Below are positions 10,277-19,099 of a DNA stretch of 64,000 nucleotides, piece after piece. A program made the translations under genes and the position numbers. The stretch's first letter is position 1, and each line of letters starts with the position of its first letter. Below the pieces are notes generated by a model. It did no database searches and had not been told where the DNA came from. It saw only the letters and a program-made list of their open reading frames with translations. This stretch comes from Candidatus Woesearchaeota archaeon. GTDB lineage: Archaea; Nanobdellota; Nanobdellia; Pacearchaeales; GW2011-AR1. The stretch spans positions 1 through 64,000 of the forward strand of contig CAZETU010000003.1 of assembly GCA_964514585.1 (NCBI GenBank), in the 5' to 3' direction.

Positions 10277-11020
10277 TTATTTTATTTTATTCTCCATTTT
10301 ATCTTTTTTTGGCAATTCGTTGTATTCTTTTAAACCCTCTTTAAAATAATCCCAATAACTTTCTCTAGGGCATTTAGGGTAAGAATTGTTACTATAATGT
10401 ATCAGGGGGATTATATACTTCCCTTCTTGTATCTTAAACAAGTGTCCATGTTCTTTCACTATTCCGCCAACATCACCCCGATTAGTTTTAGATGCAACTC
10501 TTACTATATTTTTTTTATGTTTCTCTTTAAAAAAATCCCAAGAAATACCGCCAAAACAGATAATTAATTTTGGATTAACGAAATTCAACTCATCTTCAAA
10601 TATTTCTTCAAATATTTCTTTATCTTCTTCAGTTAACTTCTTAATGTTCCCTCTTTTCTTAATAATATCTGTGTAGAATATATTTTTTTCTTTGAAAAAC
10701 TCTAAAGGATTAATTTTTAAATTGAGACTCTGATTTAATGTATTGAAAAATTTCTCCCAAAATTTTTTCATCTTCCCTTTATTAAAATAATGTATTAGAA
10801 CTCCCTGATAAATTTCTACAAGTTTTTCTGGATTATCGGTCGAATCAATATCTCCCCGCTCATTTTTCCCAAAGCCCCCCGGATTCTGTCCCACAATCAT
10901 TCTGCCCTTATGTTTAAGATTAAAATTATAAAAGGCATAATTTTCTTTATTTGCCTTATTTTCTTTATCTCTTCCCTTGAGAATCTCTTTCAATATCTTA
11001 CGATAATTTTCTGAACCCAT
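10277..11020 (-). CDS. Uracil-DNA glycosylase-like superfamily protein
   Basis: IVGQNPG (motif A), YTDIIK, PKLIICFG, LIHYS (motif B). Confidence 0.7.
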   Translation of the reverse strand: MGSENYRKILKEILKGRDKENKANKENYAFYNFNLKHKGRMIVGQNPGGFGKNERGDIDSTDNPEKLVEIYQGVLIHYFNKGKMKKFWEKFFNTLNQSLNLKINPLEFFKEKNIFYTDIIKKRGNIKKLTEEDKEIFEEIFEDELNFVNPKLIICFGGISWDFFKEKHKKNIVRVASKTNRGDVGGIVKEHGHLFKIQEGKYIIPLIHYSNNSYPKCPRESYWDYFKEGLKEYNELPKKDKMENKIK

Positions 11021-11082
11021 TTTACAATAGTTTTATTAATTTCTTTCTCCTTTTAGATTTTTTCGTTATTTTCCTAAGACTT

Positions 11083-12003
11083 CTAATCTCCTTTTTTCTC
11101 ATTAATCTTGAGGGCAATTATCAAATTTCCGATTGATGACATCTCCTTTAAAATATCTAGAAAATAATGGCTTATCGCCGGATTTTTATCCCGGAGGACT
11201 TCCAGAACCTCATCAAATAAATCTTCTCGTTCTTCAAAGAATTCTCTGGTCTTTTCAATGCTGAGGTTTTTGTATGCGAGAAGCATTTTATAATAAAAAT
11301 CGGAAGTGTCCTTTATCAACTGAGATTCTCTTTCGCTTAGTTCAATCTTATTTGTCTTAGAAATATATTCATAGCTAAAGAGAATGAAGGAGGAGATGTT
11401 TAGAAGACCGGTTAGGAACCAATAGACGTATTTTGAAATCGTTGAATCATATAAGGGTTTTTTATTAATCATTCTTCGGCATAAATTATTGAGTTTTAGA
11501 ACCGTCATATGAATCTCTGCTACTTCTTTTTCCATAGAAGGTTTCCCCTTTCTGCAGTCTTCTTGGAAATATTCAAATTGAGAATGGATCAACCAAAATA
11601 TTCTATCGACTAATTGTGTGTAATCCGAATCATCCGAAGAGATTACACATTTCAGCAAGCAATATTCGGGTTTACTCTCGACGATCTCCATCCCAGTTAG
11701 TTTAGTAATTGCCTTACGAATCAACCTTAACTGTTCTGAATTACGATAGTTCACCTTAATTTCATCATAACCTGATGTGTATAAATGCCTTAAAATTCGA
11801 GTAATATACCATTCCTCTTTTCCAGTGAGGGTCGTTTCAACTTCTTCAAAGTGTCTCTCATAAGATGAAGAAATTATAATGCGTTCCTTCGCTACTTCCA
11901 GATTCAAAGAATCGCCATTTTCGATTTTATTAGCCTTTGCCCACTTAGAAGGTAGGGAGATTGTAAGTGTGCTCGCCCCGTGTTTTACAACTTTCCTTTC
12001 CAT
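11083..12003 (-). CDS. AbrB-domain / PhoU-like transcriptional regulator
   Basis: MERKVVKHGASTLTISLPSKW (AbrB/SpoVT), LYTSGYDEI, helical PhoU-like C-terminus; ATG at 12003 (track TTG 12015). Confidence 0.8.
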   Translation of the reverse strand: MERKVVKHGASTLTISLPSKWAKANKIENGDSLNLEVAKERIIISSSYERHFEEVETTLTGKEEWYITRILRHLYTSGYDEIKVNYRNSEQLRLIRKAITKLTGMEIVESKPEYCLLKCVISSDDSDYTQLVDRIFWLIHSQFEYFQEDCRKGKPSMEKEVAEIHMTVLKLNNLCRRMINKKPLYDSTISKYVYWFLTGLLNISSFILFSYEYISKTNKIELSERESQLIKDTSDFYYKMLLAYKNLSIEKTREFFEEREDLFDEVLEVLRDKNPAISHYFLDILKEMSSIGNLIIALKINEKKGD

Positions 12004-12044
12004 TCTAAAGAGCAATTTGAAAAGTATATAAATTTAACTAAAAT

Positions 12045-12067
12045 ACACATAATCTTAAAATATGTGT
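12045..12067. promoter_or_regulatory. Palindromic operator candidate between divergent promoters
   Basis: ACACATA-N9-TATGTGT between TATA-like boxes at about 12025-12032 (- strand) and 12084-12095 (+ strand). Confidence 0.4.
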
Positions 12068-12112
12068 TTATAACCTCCAAAAGTATATATAAAAACGTGA
12101 TTTAGATAGGTT

Positions 12113-12463
12113 ATGGAAACAAAAAAGCCCGTAATCAACCACGTGGTCGCCGAATTATTCAATGTAGGCGAAAATATGCTGTTTGATTATGCCTCTTTAG
12201 AAAAGTCCGTGGAAAAATTAGTATCAAGCCTCAACTTAAAAGTTGTTAAGAAAGATAAATACGATTTTAGTCCTCAGGGAACAACAGCCTTTTTTATTCT
12301 TTCAAGCTCACATCTGGCAGTACATACATGGCCGGAGAATAATTATCTCCACTTAGATCTTGTAACTTGCCAGGCCCTTCCCAGTACAACCGAATTGAAG
12401 AAGATTTTATCTGAAATATTCAAAACGAAAGAAATAGAGGTGAGGGAGATCCTATATGACTAA
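12113..12463 (+). CDS. speD: S-adenosylmethionine decarboxylase proenzyme (class 1B-like)
   Basis: FSPQGTT, LSSSHLAVHTWPE, DLVTC. Confidence 0.85.
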   Translation: METKKPVINHVVAELFNVGENMLFDYASLEKSVEKLVSSLNLKVVKKDKYDFSPQGTTAFFILSSSHLAVHTWPENNYLHLDLVTCQALPSTTELKKILSEIFKTKEIEVREILYD

Positions 12464-13565
12464 TGTTAACTATGATAAGATCATCGAAAATGAATTTGAA
12501 AGGGATTTTTACAAAGAGACACATAACAAAATACTCGAATATCTCAAAAGAAATAAGGTCACAACTTTTTGGGAAATTGTGAGGAATATTCAAGGAAGCG
12601 ATAGGAGGGTGTTAAGACTGCTTAACCAGATGAGTTTAGCAGGCGAAATTGCCTTAGAAGGAGTTCAAATCTCCGCATCTGGCTTCAATGCCGATGAGCC
12701 TAGCAAGGGGGTTAAAGTCCCTGCGGACGGATTCAATACCACCGTTAAGCCCCCCTATCTCTCTTTTAGTCTAAGCAATGAGTATAGCAAAATCCTCGCA
12801 AAGATGGAATCAATAGCAAAGACAAAACCAGTTCCAACTTTCTTTTATGACCAAAGACCTGTAACATTAACAACTTCTGTTAAAAGAGTCGCTTATTTAG
12901 ATTACAAAGGAGATCTTCATGACAAGCGGATTGCGATTATCGGAGATGATGACTTGACTTCTCTTGCAATTGGGCTTACAGAAAAGGCAAAAGAAATAGT
13001 TGTTTTCGATATTGATGAAAGACTTATTGAATTTATCAACACTATTTCAAAAAAGCGAGGACTAAAAATTAAAGCATACAAGTACGATTTAACGAAGAAA
13101 ATCCCAAAAGAGTTCTCTGGAAAATTTGATGTTTTTCTAACTGACCCAACGCCGAATAAAATTGCGTTTGAATTGTTTATTTCTACTGGATTAAATCTTT
13201 TGGCAGAGAAAGGTGTTGGATATGTTTCATTTTTCCCATCGCATCAATCAATTAGCCTTGACTTTCAGAAGGTATTAACCGATAGAAAAGTAATCATCAC
13301 AGATATGATTCCTCAATTCACTGAATACGATTTTATTCCCCAAACTTATAGAAAGGAAGACTTCACTCTTTTGGAATCGTTTGATTCTGGAGAAGAAAAA
13401 CTCTCTTTTTATGAAAACAATACAAGGTTTGAAGTTGGGGCAGAATCTGTAAGAAAAATAAAATCGTTAACTGACGAGGAAAGGGCAGACCTTATTGGCA
13501 AGGCCACTAAGAGAGTCTTGGAAAATCCTACTCTAGACCCTGCATATCAGAAAAAATCAAAATGA
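12456..13565 (+). CDS. bpsA: BpsA-family (branched-chain polyamine) aminopropyltransferase
   Basis: YDQRPVT...KR, IGDDDLTSLA, DIDERLIEFI, YDL, FDVFLTDP; 8-nt overlap with speD. Confidence 0.8.
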   Translation: MTNVNYDKIIENEFERDFYKETHNKILEYLKRNKVTTFWEIVRNIQGSDRRVLRLLNQMSLAGEIALEGVQISASGFNADEPSKGVKVPADGFNTTVKPPYLSFSLSNEYSKILAKMESIAKTKPVPTFFYDQRPVTLTTSVKRVAYLDYKGDLHDKRIAIIGDDDLTSLAIGLTEKAKEIVVFDIDERLIEFINTISKKRGLKIKAYKYDLTKKIPKEFSGKFDVFLTDPTPNKIAFELFISTGLNLLAEKGVGYVSFFPSHQSISLDFQKVLTDRKVIITDMIPQFTEYDFIPQTYRKEDFTLLESFDSGEEKLSFYENNTRFEVGAESVRKIKSLTDEERADLIGKATKRVLENPTLDPAYQKKSK

Positions 13566-14221
13566 GCTTTAACAATTACTACAAAAGTGAAATAGCAAGA
13601 TATGGTGGAAGCCAGAAATATGTATTAGCAAAGGCTAGAGAGAAAAAGCCTCTTTTAGACAGAGTGATTAAGTTCTCAGGAAATGGAAAAATTCTGGAAG
13701 CCGGCTCGGGAAGTTCGGCTAATTCTATTTTTTTGTCTGACGAAGGTTTTGATGTTACTGCTGTCGATAATGACTCTGAGATGATTTCTTTGGCAAGAGA
13801 ATTATCAAGACCCTTCAATAAAAAATCTAAATTCCTCAAACAGAAAATAGAAAACTGCAACGGAAAGTACTCTGTCGTTTTTAGCCACGGAGTTTTAGAG
13901 CATTTTGAAGATAAAGAAATTATTAATCTAATAAAAAAAGAACTAGGGCTGGGGGATTATGTCGTTTTCTCTGTGCCTTCAAACTTTTTTAGGAAAGATC
14001 AGGCAATCAATGGCGACGAGAGATTTATGTCAGTTAAAAAATGGAGAGACATTATCTCAATGTCTGGTGCAGAGATTTTAGAAGAGTTTTCTTATTTTTA
14101 TGATCCAGATAGTTTCAAACTTAGAGTCTTAAAATTTATATTTAATGCAACAGGAGGCATATTTCCGATTAAGAAACCTTACATCGGATTTGTGATAAGA
14201 AAAAATGTTCACTCTGCTTAA
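13562..14221 (+). CDS. Class I SAM-dependent methyltransferase
   Basis: ILEAGSGSS, VTAVDND, FSHGVLEHF. Confidence 0.85.
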   Translation: MSFNNYYKSEIARYGGSQKYVLAKAREKKPLLDRVIKFSGNGKILEAGSGSSANSIFLSDEGFDVTAVDNDSEMISLARELSRPFNKKSKFLKQKIENCNGKYSVVFSHGVLEHFEDKEIINLIKKELGLGDYVVFSVPSNFFRKDQAINGDERFMSVKKWRDIISMSGAEILEEFSYFYDPDSFKLRVLKFIFNATGGIFPIKKPYIGFVIRKNVHSA

Positions 14222-14828
14222 ACCTGAAATGAAGAGATGTGTTGATTCTCTTGATCCTTATTTAGCTAAAGCAGGATTTAAGATTGATTCGCGTCATCCC
14301 ATTAAAGACTGGGAGGAAACTGCAAGGCAATTGTATGCAAAACAGATGACCGATCCTAAATTTGCATCAGAGTTTAATGTATATTTATGGATGACAAAAA
14401 ATCTCTTTGGAAATCATGCTGTTGCTTATCAAGTCTCAAGAGATGCGAGTGTTGAACAGAACCTTTATGATTTAATGGGACTCAAAGGAAGGTTTAGAAA
14501 TGACGTCTCTGAAAGATTAGATGGTCCGTTGAATATGATGGTTAACCTAGAGAAAATCACGACTCATCAACCAATAGAACTCGGGAAGAAAGGAATAATT
14601 CATATTGGAGATAGCCCCTTGCAGGACGGCCATTTCGACGGAAGGTGGGACTATTTTTTCTTTAAATATATTCATACTTCGGATAATCTCGAGACCCATG
14701 AAAGAGAAGAGAATGTCCTAAGGGCTGGGGGAGTCTATGACTCAAGAATTTCAGGTAAACAATGGAGACAAATGATTGCCACAGGAACTTTAACTCCATT
14801 GAATGGGGAGGTCTACAAAAATGGATGA
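14205..14828 (+). CDS. Divergent nucleoside-diphosphate-kinase-like protein
   Basis: N-terminal TLLKPE and C-terminal YIHTSDNLETHERE match the NDK IKPD and IHGSD..S..RE motifs; middle region divergent. Confidence 0.6.
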   Translation: MFTLLKPEMKRCVDSLDPYLAKAGFKIDSRHPIKDWEETARQLYAKQMTDPKFASEFNVYLWMTKNLFGNHAVAYQVSRDASVEQNLYDLMGLKGRFRNDVSERLDGPLNMMVNLEKITTHQPIELGKKGIIHIGDSPLQDGHFDGRWDYFFFKYIHTSDNLETHEREENVLRAGGVYDSRISGKQWRQMIATGTLTPLNGEVYKNG

Positions 14829-15732
14829 GAAAATTTCCGGAGTAAGGTTCATTGTAACTTCTGCCTGTAACTTCAACTGTATTTATTGTCACAACGAGTG
14901 GGAGGAAAAAGAAAGACCGACCACTGGAGTTGAGAAGGAACTAATAAGGTCGATAATATTCTCCGCAAAAAAGCTCGGTGCTTCTGAAGTAGACATAACT
15001 GGCGGAGAGCCATTGCTTGAGATGGAAAGAGTCAAGGAAATTCTTCTAGCATCAAAAGATGAAAACCTATGGACAAATATGACCACAAATGGATTTTATT
15101 TGGAAGAAAATTTGGAGGACCTAAAGGACTGGGGCTTAAACGAGATTCATATCCACATCCCAAGCCTAAACCCTGAAAAATACAAAGAGATAATGAGGGG
15201 AAACTCTGATCTTAATCGTGTCTTGAGTGCCGTAAAATCTGCGGTCAAGATGTTGGATAAGGTAATGATAAACATTCCAATTGAAAAAGGAATTAATGAT
15301 AAAGAAATTCCAGGCTTTATTGAATACTTCGGAAACATTGGAGCAGTCCCTAGATTCATCGAATCCATGTCGACTAAGAATTACGTGCCATTAAACAAAG
15401 AAACAATCGAGAAAATGGTCCGGGACAGATTTGGTGATATTGAGAAAGAAGGAGAATACCTGTGGGGGATTAGTAAGTATTCTGCGGGAAAATATAAGTT
15501 TGAAACACTTAGATGCATCTGTTTTGATAGGAAGTGTGACATCTGCCATAAAACAAATTTCATCCACATCGATAAGGATTACAAAATCCGGCCTTGCAAC
15601 CTTAGGAAAGACAAGTTTGAAATAACAAAAGATAATTCCGAGGAAGTTTTGATTAAAGCATACAACTTCTTGAAGAAACAGAGCAAGGTTCCGGAAGAAT
15701 ATGATAAATTGTGGGGGGGACAGCTTTTATAA
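14821..15732 (+). CDS. MoaA-like radical SAM enzyme, probably not true MoaA
   Basis: CNFNCIYCHNE, TGGEPLL, TTNG, PRFIE, C-terminal CDIC...RPC; probable ATG at 14821 (track 14803). Confidence 0.85.
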   Translation: MDEKISGVRFIVTSACNFNCIYCHNEWEEKERPTTGVEKELIRSIIFSAKKLGASEVDITGGEPLLEMERVKEILLASKDENLWTNMTTNGFYLEENLEDLKDWGLNEIHIHIPSLNPEKYKEIMRGNSDLNRVLSAVKSAVKMLDKVMINIPIEKGINDKEIPGFIEYFGNIGAVPRFIESMSTKNYVPLNKETIEKMVRDRFGDIEKEGEYLWGISKYSAGKYKFETLRCICFDRKCDICHKTNFIHIDKDYKIRPCNLRKDKFEITKDNSEEVLIKAYNFLKKQSKVPEEYDKLWGGQLL

Positions 15733-15754
15733 ATCTAAAAGCTCTTGAAAAATT

Positions 15755-16384
15755 ATGGAAAAACAAATTGAGGTAGAGTTTATCGGATCGGTATCTAAGG
15801 ATCAATTCTCTGAGTTAAAAGATAAGTTCGAGAAGGAAGGAACTTTCAAGAAAAGAAAAGAAAGAATCTCTTTTATGTATTTTAGAGATAAGATTCCAAA
15901 AGACTTATCTGAAATAAAAGACGAGGACACAGACTTAAGATTAAGAATTACAAACAAAGAACCTGAGTTAATTGTTAAAAAAGGCTCATTTACCGGATCT
16001 CACTCTAGAAAAGAGATTTCTATACCTTTTTCAATGGAGTCCATGCAGAAATATATAGACTTTCTGTCATCTCTGGATTGGAATATTGGAGTCATTTATG
16101 CAGTCGAAACTTTTGTTTATGAATATAAGGGTATTGAGTTCTCATTAGTTGATATTGAAGATTATGGATACAATTTTGAAGCAGAGATTTTAACAACATC
16201 AGAAGACGAGCCAGAAGCAAGGAAAAAGATTAACTCAATTCTCGAAGAGTTGGAATTAAAGCCATTTGACGAAGAGGGGCTAAACGATCAATGTAATGCT
16301 ATTAATAATCGAAAAGGATTAAGATTTGATTTTTCAAAACAAACGGTTGGAGAAATTAAAGAAAAATTTCCAAAATTTTTCTAA
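15755..16384 (+). CDS. CYTH-domain protein (triphosphatase / class IV adenylate cyclase fold)
   Basis: IEVEF (ExE), LRLR, ELIVK, RKEI, FEAEI. Confidence 0.8.
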   Translation: MEKQIEVEFIGSVSKDQFSELKDKFEKEGTFKKRKERISFMYFRDKIPKDLSEIKDEDTDLRLRITNKEPELIVKKGSFTGSHSRKEISIPFSMESMQKYIDFLSSLDWNIGVIYAVETFVYEYKGIEFSLVDIEDYGYNFEAEILTTSEDEPEARKKINSILEELELKPFDEEGLNDQCNAINNRKGLRFDFSKQTVGEIKEKFPKFF

Positions 16385-16415
16385 CTTACTTTCTCTCGGG
16401 GTGATAGGATCTCAA

Positions 16416-16697
16416 ATGCAAAATACCCTCCCAAAACAACCATTAATCCCCAGAAAAACCATAAATAGCCAAGGCAGGGTGAACTATAGTGAGGGCTTTC
16501 AGGCTTGGAATGTTCTAAATTTGAAGAAGGAATTATTCGAGGAGTTTCCACAGTTAAAACAAAAGAGATCTAAATTCTGTTACGAAATTATCTATCATCG
16601 AGATCCAAAAGAATTTGAGAAAGCGATCAAGGAAATGATTAAAGAAGGGAAGAAAAATGTTATGCCTTTGTTATTGTGGATCTATAAGGAAGAGTAA
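16416..16697 (+). CDS. Hypothetical 93-aa protein, possibly AbrB-like fold
   Basis: GGGGTGA Shine-Dalgarno-like motif before ATG at 16416 (track start 16326); a paralogous fragment lies at 18273-18389. Confidence 0.6.
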   Translation: MQNTLPKQPLIPRKTINSQGRVNYSEGFQAWNVLNLKKELFEEFPQLKQKRSKFCYEIIYHRDPKEFEKAIKEMIKEGKKNVMPLLLWIYKEE

Positions 16698-16744
16698 TTA
16701 ATTTCTAATTCAAAACCAAAAGAATAACAAATGTAACTAATCTC

Positions 16745-16770
16745 AACGCCCAGTTTGGGAGTTATTTTTT
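16745..16770 (+). terminator. Hairpin plus T-run between convergent genes
   Basis: AACGCCCA-GTT-TGGGAGTT (7/8 paired) followed by ATTTTTT. Confidence 0.3.
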
Positions 16771-16776
16771 AACGCT

Positions 16777-18069
16777 CTACTTCACAGTAAATTCTCTCAT
16801 ATACTCAAAACCTTCTTTACCAAATTCACAATTATAATCTCGGTTATATTCATCAATTCTATCTTGATATATTGGAACTTCAGGATAAAGCATCCCCCAA
16901 GAACTACTAACATACCATTCTAATTCTTTGTCATGAAGACTTATATTTAATCTATATCTTGTTGGATAGTTACCAGCGTTATATACTTTCCATGTGCAGT
17001 TTACATAACATCTATCTTGGTTTTGTTTACATTCAAAGTCAGAAAATTTTAAATCATATCTTGGTAATTCTTCTATAATTTCACATACGTTATCGACACA
17101 TCCTGCTTGAGCAAAACATGATTGAGAAGTTACATTCTCCTCACATTCATAATTGCTACAATTTGTCTCCTTTAATCTTACACATTCCAAAAAATCAATA
17201 TGTTTTTTATTGATAGCATTATCACTTCCCCCATTGCAAGAATCACAACAAGAAACTCTATTTATAACTTTAATACAATCAGAATCTTTCTCGCAATATT
17301 GTAAACCCGGTATTCCATTTTTTGGAAAAATTCCTCTTGAAGGACAATTATCCGATGGGGGTCTGTTAAGACTAACTGTAAGACTGTATATAAAAGATCC
17401 AAAAAAGATCAAAAGAATTATTGAGATCACAATCCAAACTTTATAGTTTTTCTTCTTTGAACCTCTCCTCCTTGCTGGTGAGGCTATTCTTAGAAAGAAA
17501 TACATAAAGGCTATAGCAATTATTGTTATAATCCCATTAGTTAATGTAAGTGGTGTTCCCCCGAGTGTATAACGTAAAATAGCGGCGATAATCATAAAAA
17601 CAATTAAATAACAAATCCAGAATTTTTTTGCTTTTTCTTTGGAGACTATTTCTCCTAATTTTTCTTCTTTCTTAATAATAAGTGAAAATTCTTTTTGCGA
17701 TTTGTAGGCATAATATACGAGGAGAAATCCAAAAATCCATGCTCCAGAAAGTGCCACTATTGCCCATAAAGGAATTGGAGCTCCTTGGCTTATATCAGAT
17801 ACTGTGCCATAAGAGGCCAAGATTGCTATAAAAAGAAGCATGCCTCCGAAAACATAACCAAGGGGAGCCCACTCATAACTTTCTTCTAAATCCCAATATT
17901 TATATTTTTTTCCAAAGACAAATAGTCTTAATAGGGTAAAGGTTAAGGCCAGAACGATAAATGCAATCCCCAAAATATTATTCCTTTTGGAGTATAGATA
18001 AAATAGGGGAACAAGTATAGATAAGATAGCTATCCTAAAAACAATATTAAATTTTCTTATAGCTTTCAT
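16777..18069 (-). CDS. Polytopic membrane protein with Cys-rich C-terminal domain
   Basis: About 7 TM helices, then CEKDSDC...CCDSC...AIN...C domain. Confidence 0.7.
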   Translation of the reverse strand: MKAIRKFNIVFRIAILSILVPLFYLYSKRNNILGIAFIVLALTFTLLRLFVFGKKYKYWDLEESYEWAPLGYVFGGMLLFIAILASYGTVSDISQGAPIPLWAIVALSGAWIFGFLLVYYAYKSQKEFSLIIKKEEKLGEIVSKEKAKKFWICYLIVFMIIAAILRYTLGGTPLTLTNGIITIIAIAFMYFFLRIASPARRRGSKKKNYKVWIVISIILLIFFGSFIYSLTVSLNRPPSDNCPSRGIFPKNGIPGLQYCEKDSDCIKVINRVSCCDSCNGGSDNAINKKHIDFLECVRLKETNCSNYECEENVTSQSCFAQAGCVDNVCEIIEELPRYDLKFSDFECKQNQDRCYVNCTWKVYNAGNYPTRYRLNISLHDKELEWYVSSSWGMLYPEVPIYQDRIDEYNRDYNCEFGKEGFEYMREFTVK

Positions 18070-18272
18070 TCTAAAACTAGGGAGGGGAGAATGGTATAAA
18101 AACTTAATGAAAAATGTTTAGAAATTCCAAAAATTATATAAACTCCAACGATCTTATTGTTATATCAAATTAAAATAAAGTAATCCCCTTTGAAATTCTA
18201 TTTGGTAATCTGTCCGGTCGGGCGTAGTGTTTACATGGTACATTCAAGGGCGTCTTTTTATTATCTGCTTCT

Positions 18273-18389
18273 TACGAAATGATGTTCGGAAGAACTGAGG
18301 CTGAAATGGTCGAAGCTATTAAAAAAATTATCAAGGATAAGACGTTGATGCCTGTGCTGATGTTTTTATATAAGGATAAGAAGGATTAA
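18273..18389 (+). pseudogene. C-terminal fragment paralogous to the 16416-16697 protein
   Basis: YEMMFGRTEAEMVEAIKKIIKDKTLMPVLMFLYKD versus YEIIYHRDPKEFEKAIKEMIKEGKKNVMPLLLWIYKE; in-frame stop upstream at 18225. Confidence 0.6.
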
Positions 18390-18847
18390 GAAAAGCCACC
18401 ACCATTCATAATCATAGCAATAATAAACAGAATGATGGTAATTATTGCAATTCCAATAATAATTAATGCATAAACCATAAAAGAGATATAAAAGATAAAT
18501 GTAATCAATCTATAATTATTGACTAATCTTATGAGACTTTTATCCCGAGTGTTTAGAATATCCTTATAGTAATATATCTTATTAAAATGTCTATTGAATC
18601 CACTTATCGAATAGAATCCCCTGAAATAATAAATTCCCAAACTTAAACGATCCCAGATTATATGCCTAATAAATTTAGAACCACGCAAATTTTTAAATCT
18701 TGAAAGAATTCGTTCTTTAATATCTGAATACTTTCTTAACTTTATCTTTACTCTCTGAAACTGAAACATCAATAGAATCGTGCTAGCCACGAGTATAATA
18801 AATAAGAATAAAAGAAAATTACTAATTACATCTATTAATATCTCCAT
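18386..18847 (-). CDS. Two-TM membrane protein, hypothetical
   Basis: Hydrophobic N- and C-termini; ATG at 18847 (track 18862). Confidence 0.55.
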   Translation of the reverse strand: MEILIDVISNFLLFLFIILVASTILLMFQFQRVKIKLRKYSDIKERILSRFKNLRGSKFIRHIIWDRLSLGIYYFRGFYSISGFNRHFNKIYYYKDILNTRDKSLIRLVNNYRLITFIFYISFMVYALIIIGIAIITIILFIIAMIMNGGGFS

Positions 18848-19059
18848 AATAATTGTGCACAAGCACGGTTTATTATTCTTGCGGTTTGTTTGAGATTAGT
18901 CTAGGTACTTAACCAATACAAAAACTATATAAACTCAAACAGCCTCGGTAAAACATAACACTAAATAAATATTCAATAACAAAAAATATACCTATTGAAT
19001 ATGCCAAAAGGGTGGTTTCTCGGCAGGGGATTTCTATTCTGAATCAGCGTCGAACTATT

Positions 19060-19070
19060 GGTTGGGGCGT
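19060..19070 (+). repeat. Copy of GC-rich intergenic motif GGTTGGGGCGT
   Basis: Identical 11-mer at 20866-20876. Confidence 0.7.
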
Positions 19071-19080
19071 TAGAGACTTT

Positions 19081-19099
19081 TTGGGGTTTCATGGGTGGA
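19081..19099 (+). repeat. Left arm of long-range inverted repeat
   Basis: TTGGGGTTTCATGGGTGGA; the reverse complement of 21821-21840 differs by one T. Confidence 0.85.

Noticed and set aside
14821-15732. Prokaryotic viperin or canonical MoaA
   Set aside because: It lacks the viperin CNxxCxFCF signature; the MoaA GTP-binding Arg residues and terminal GG are altered and no Moco genes are nearby
16736-18900. 11-bp inverted repeat ACTAATCTCAA / TTGAGATTAGT
   Set aside because: Short, AT-rich and does not extend; compatible with chance
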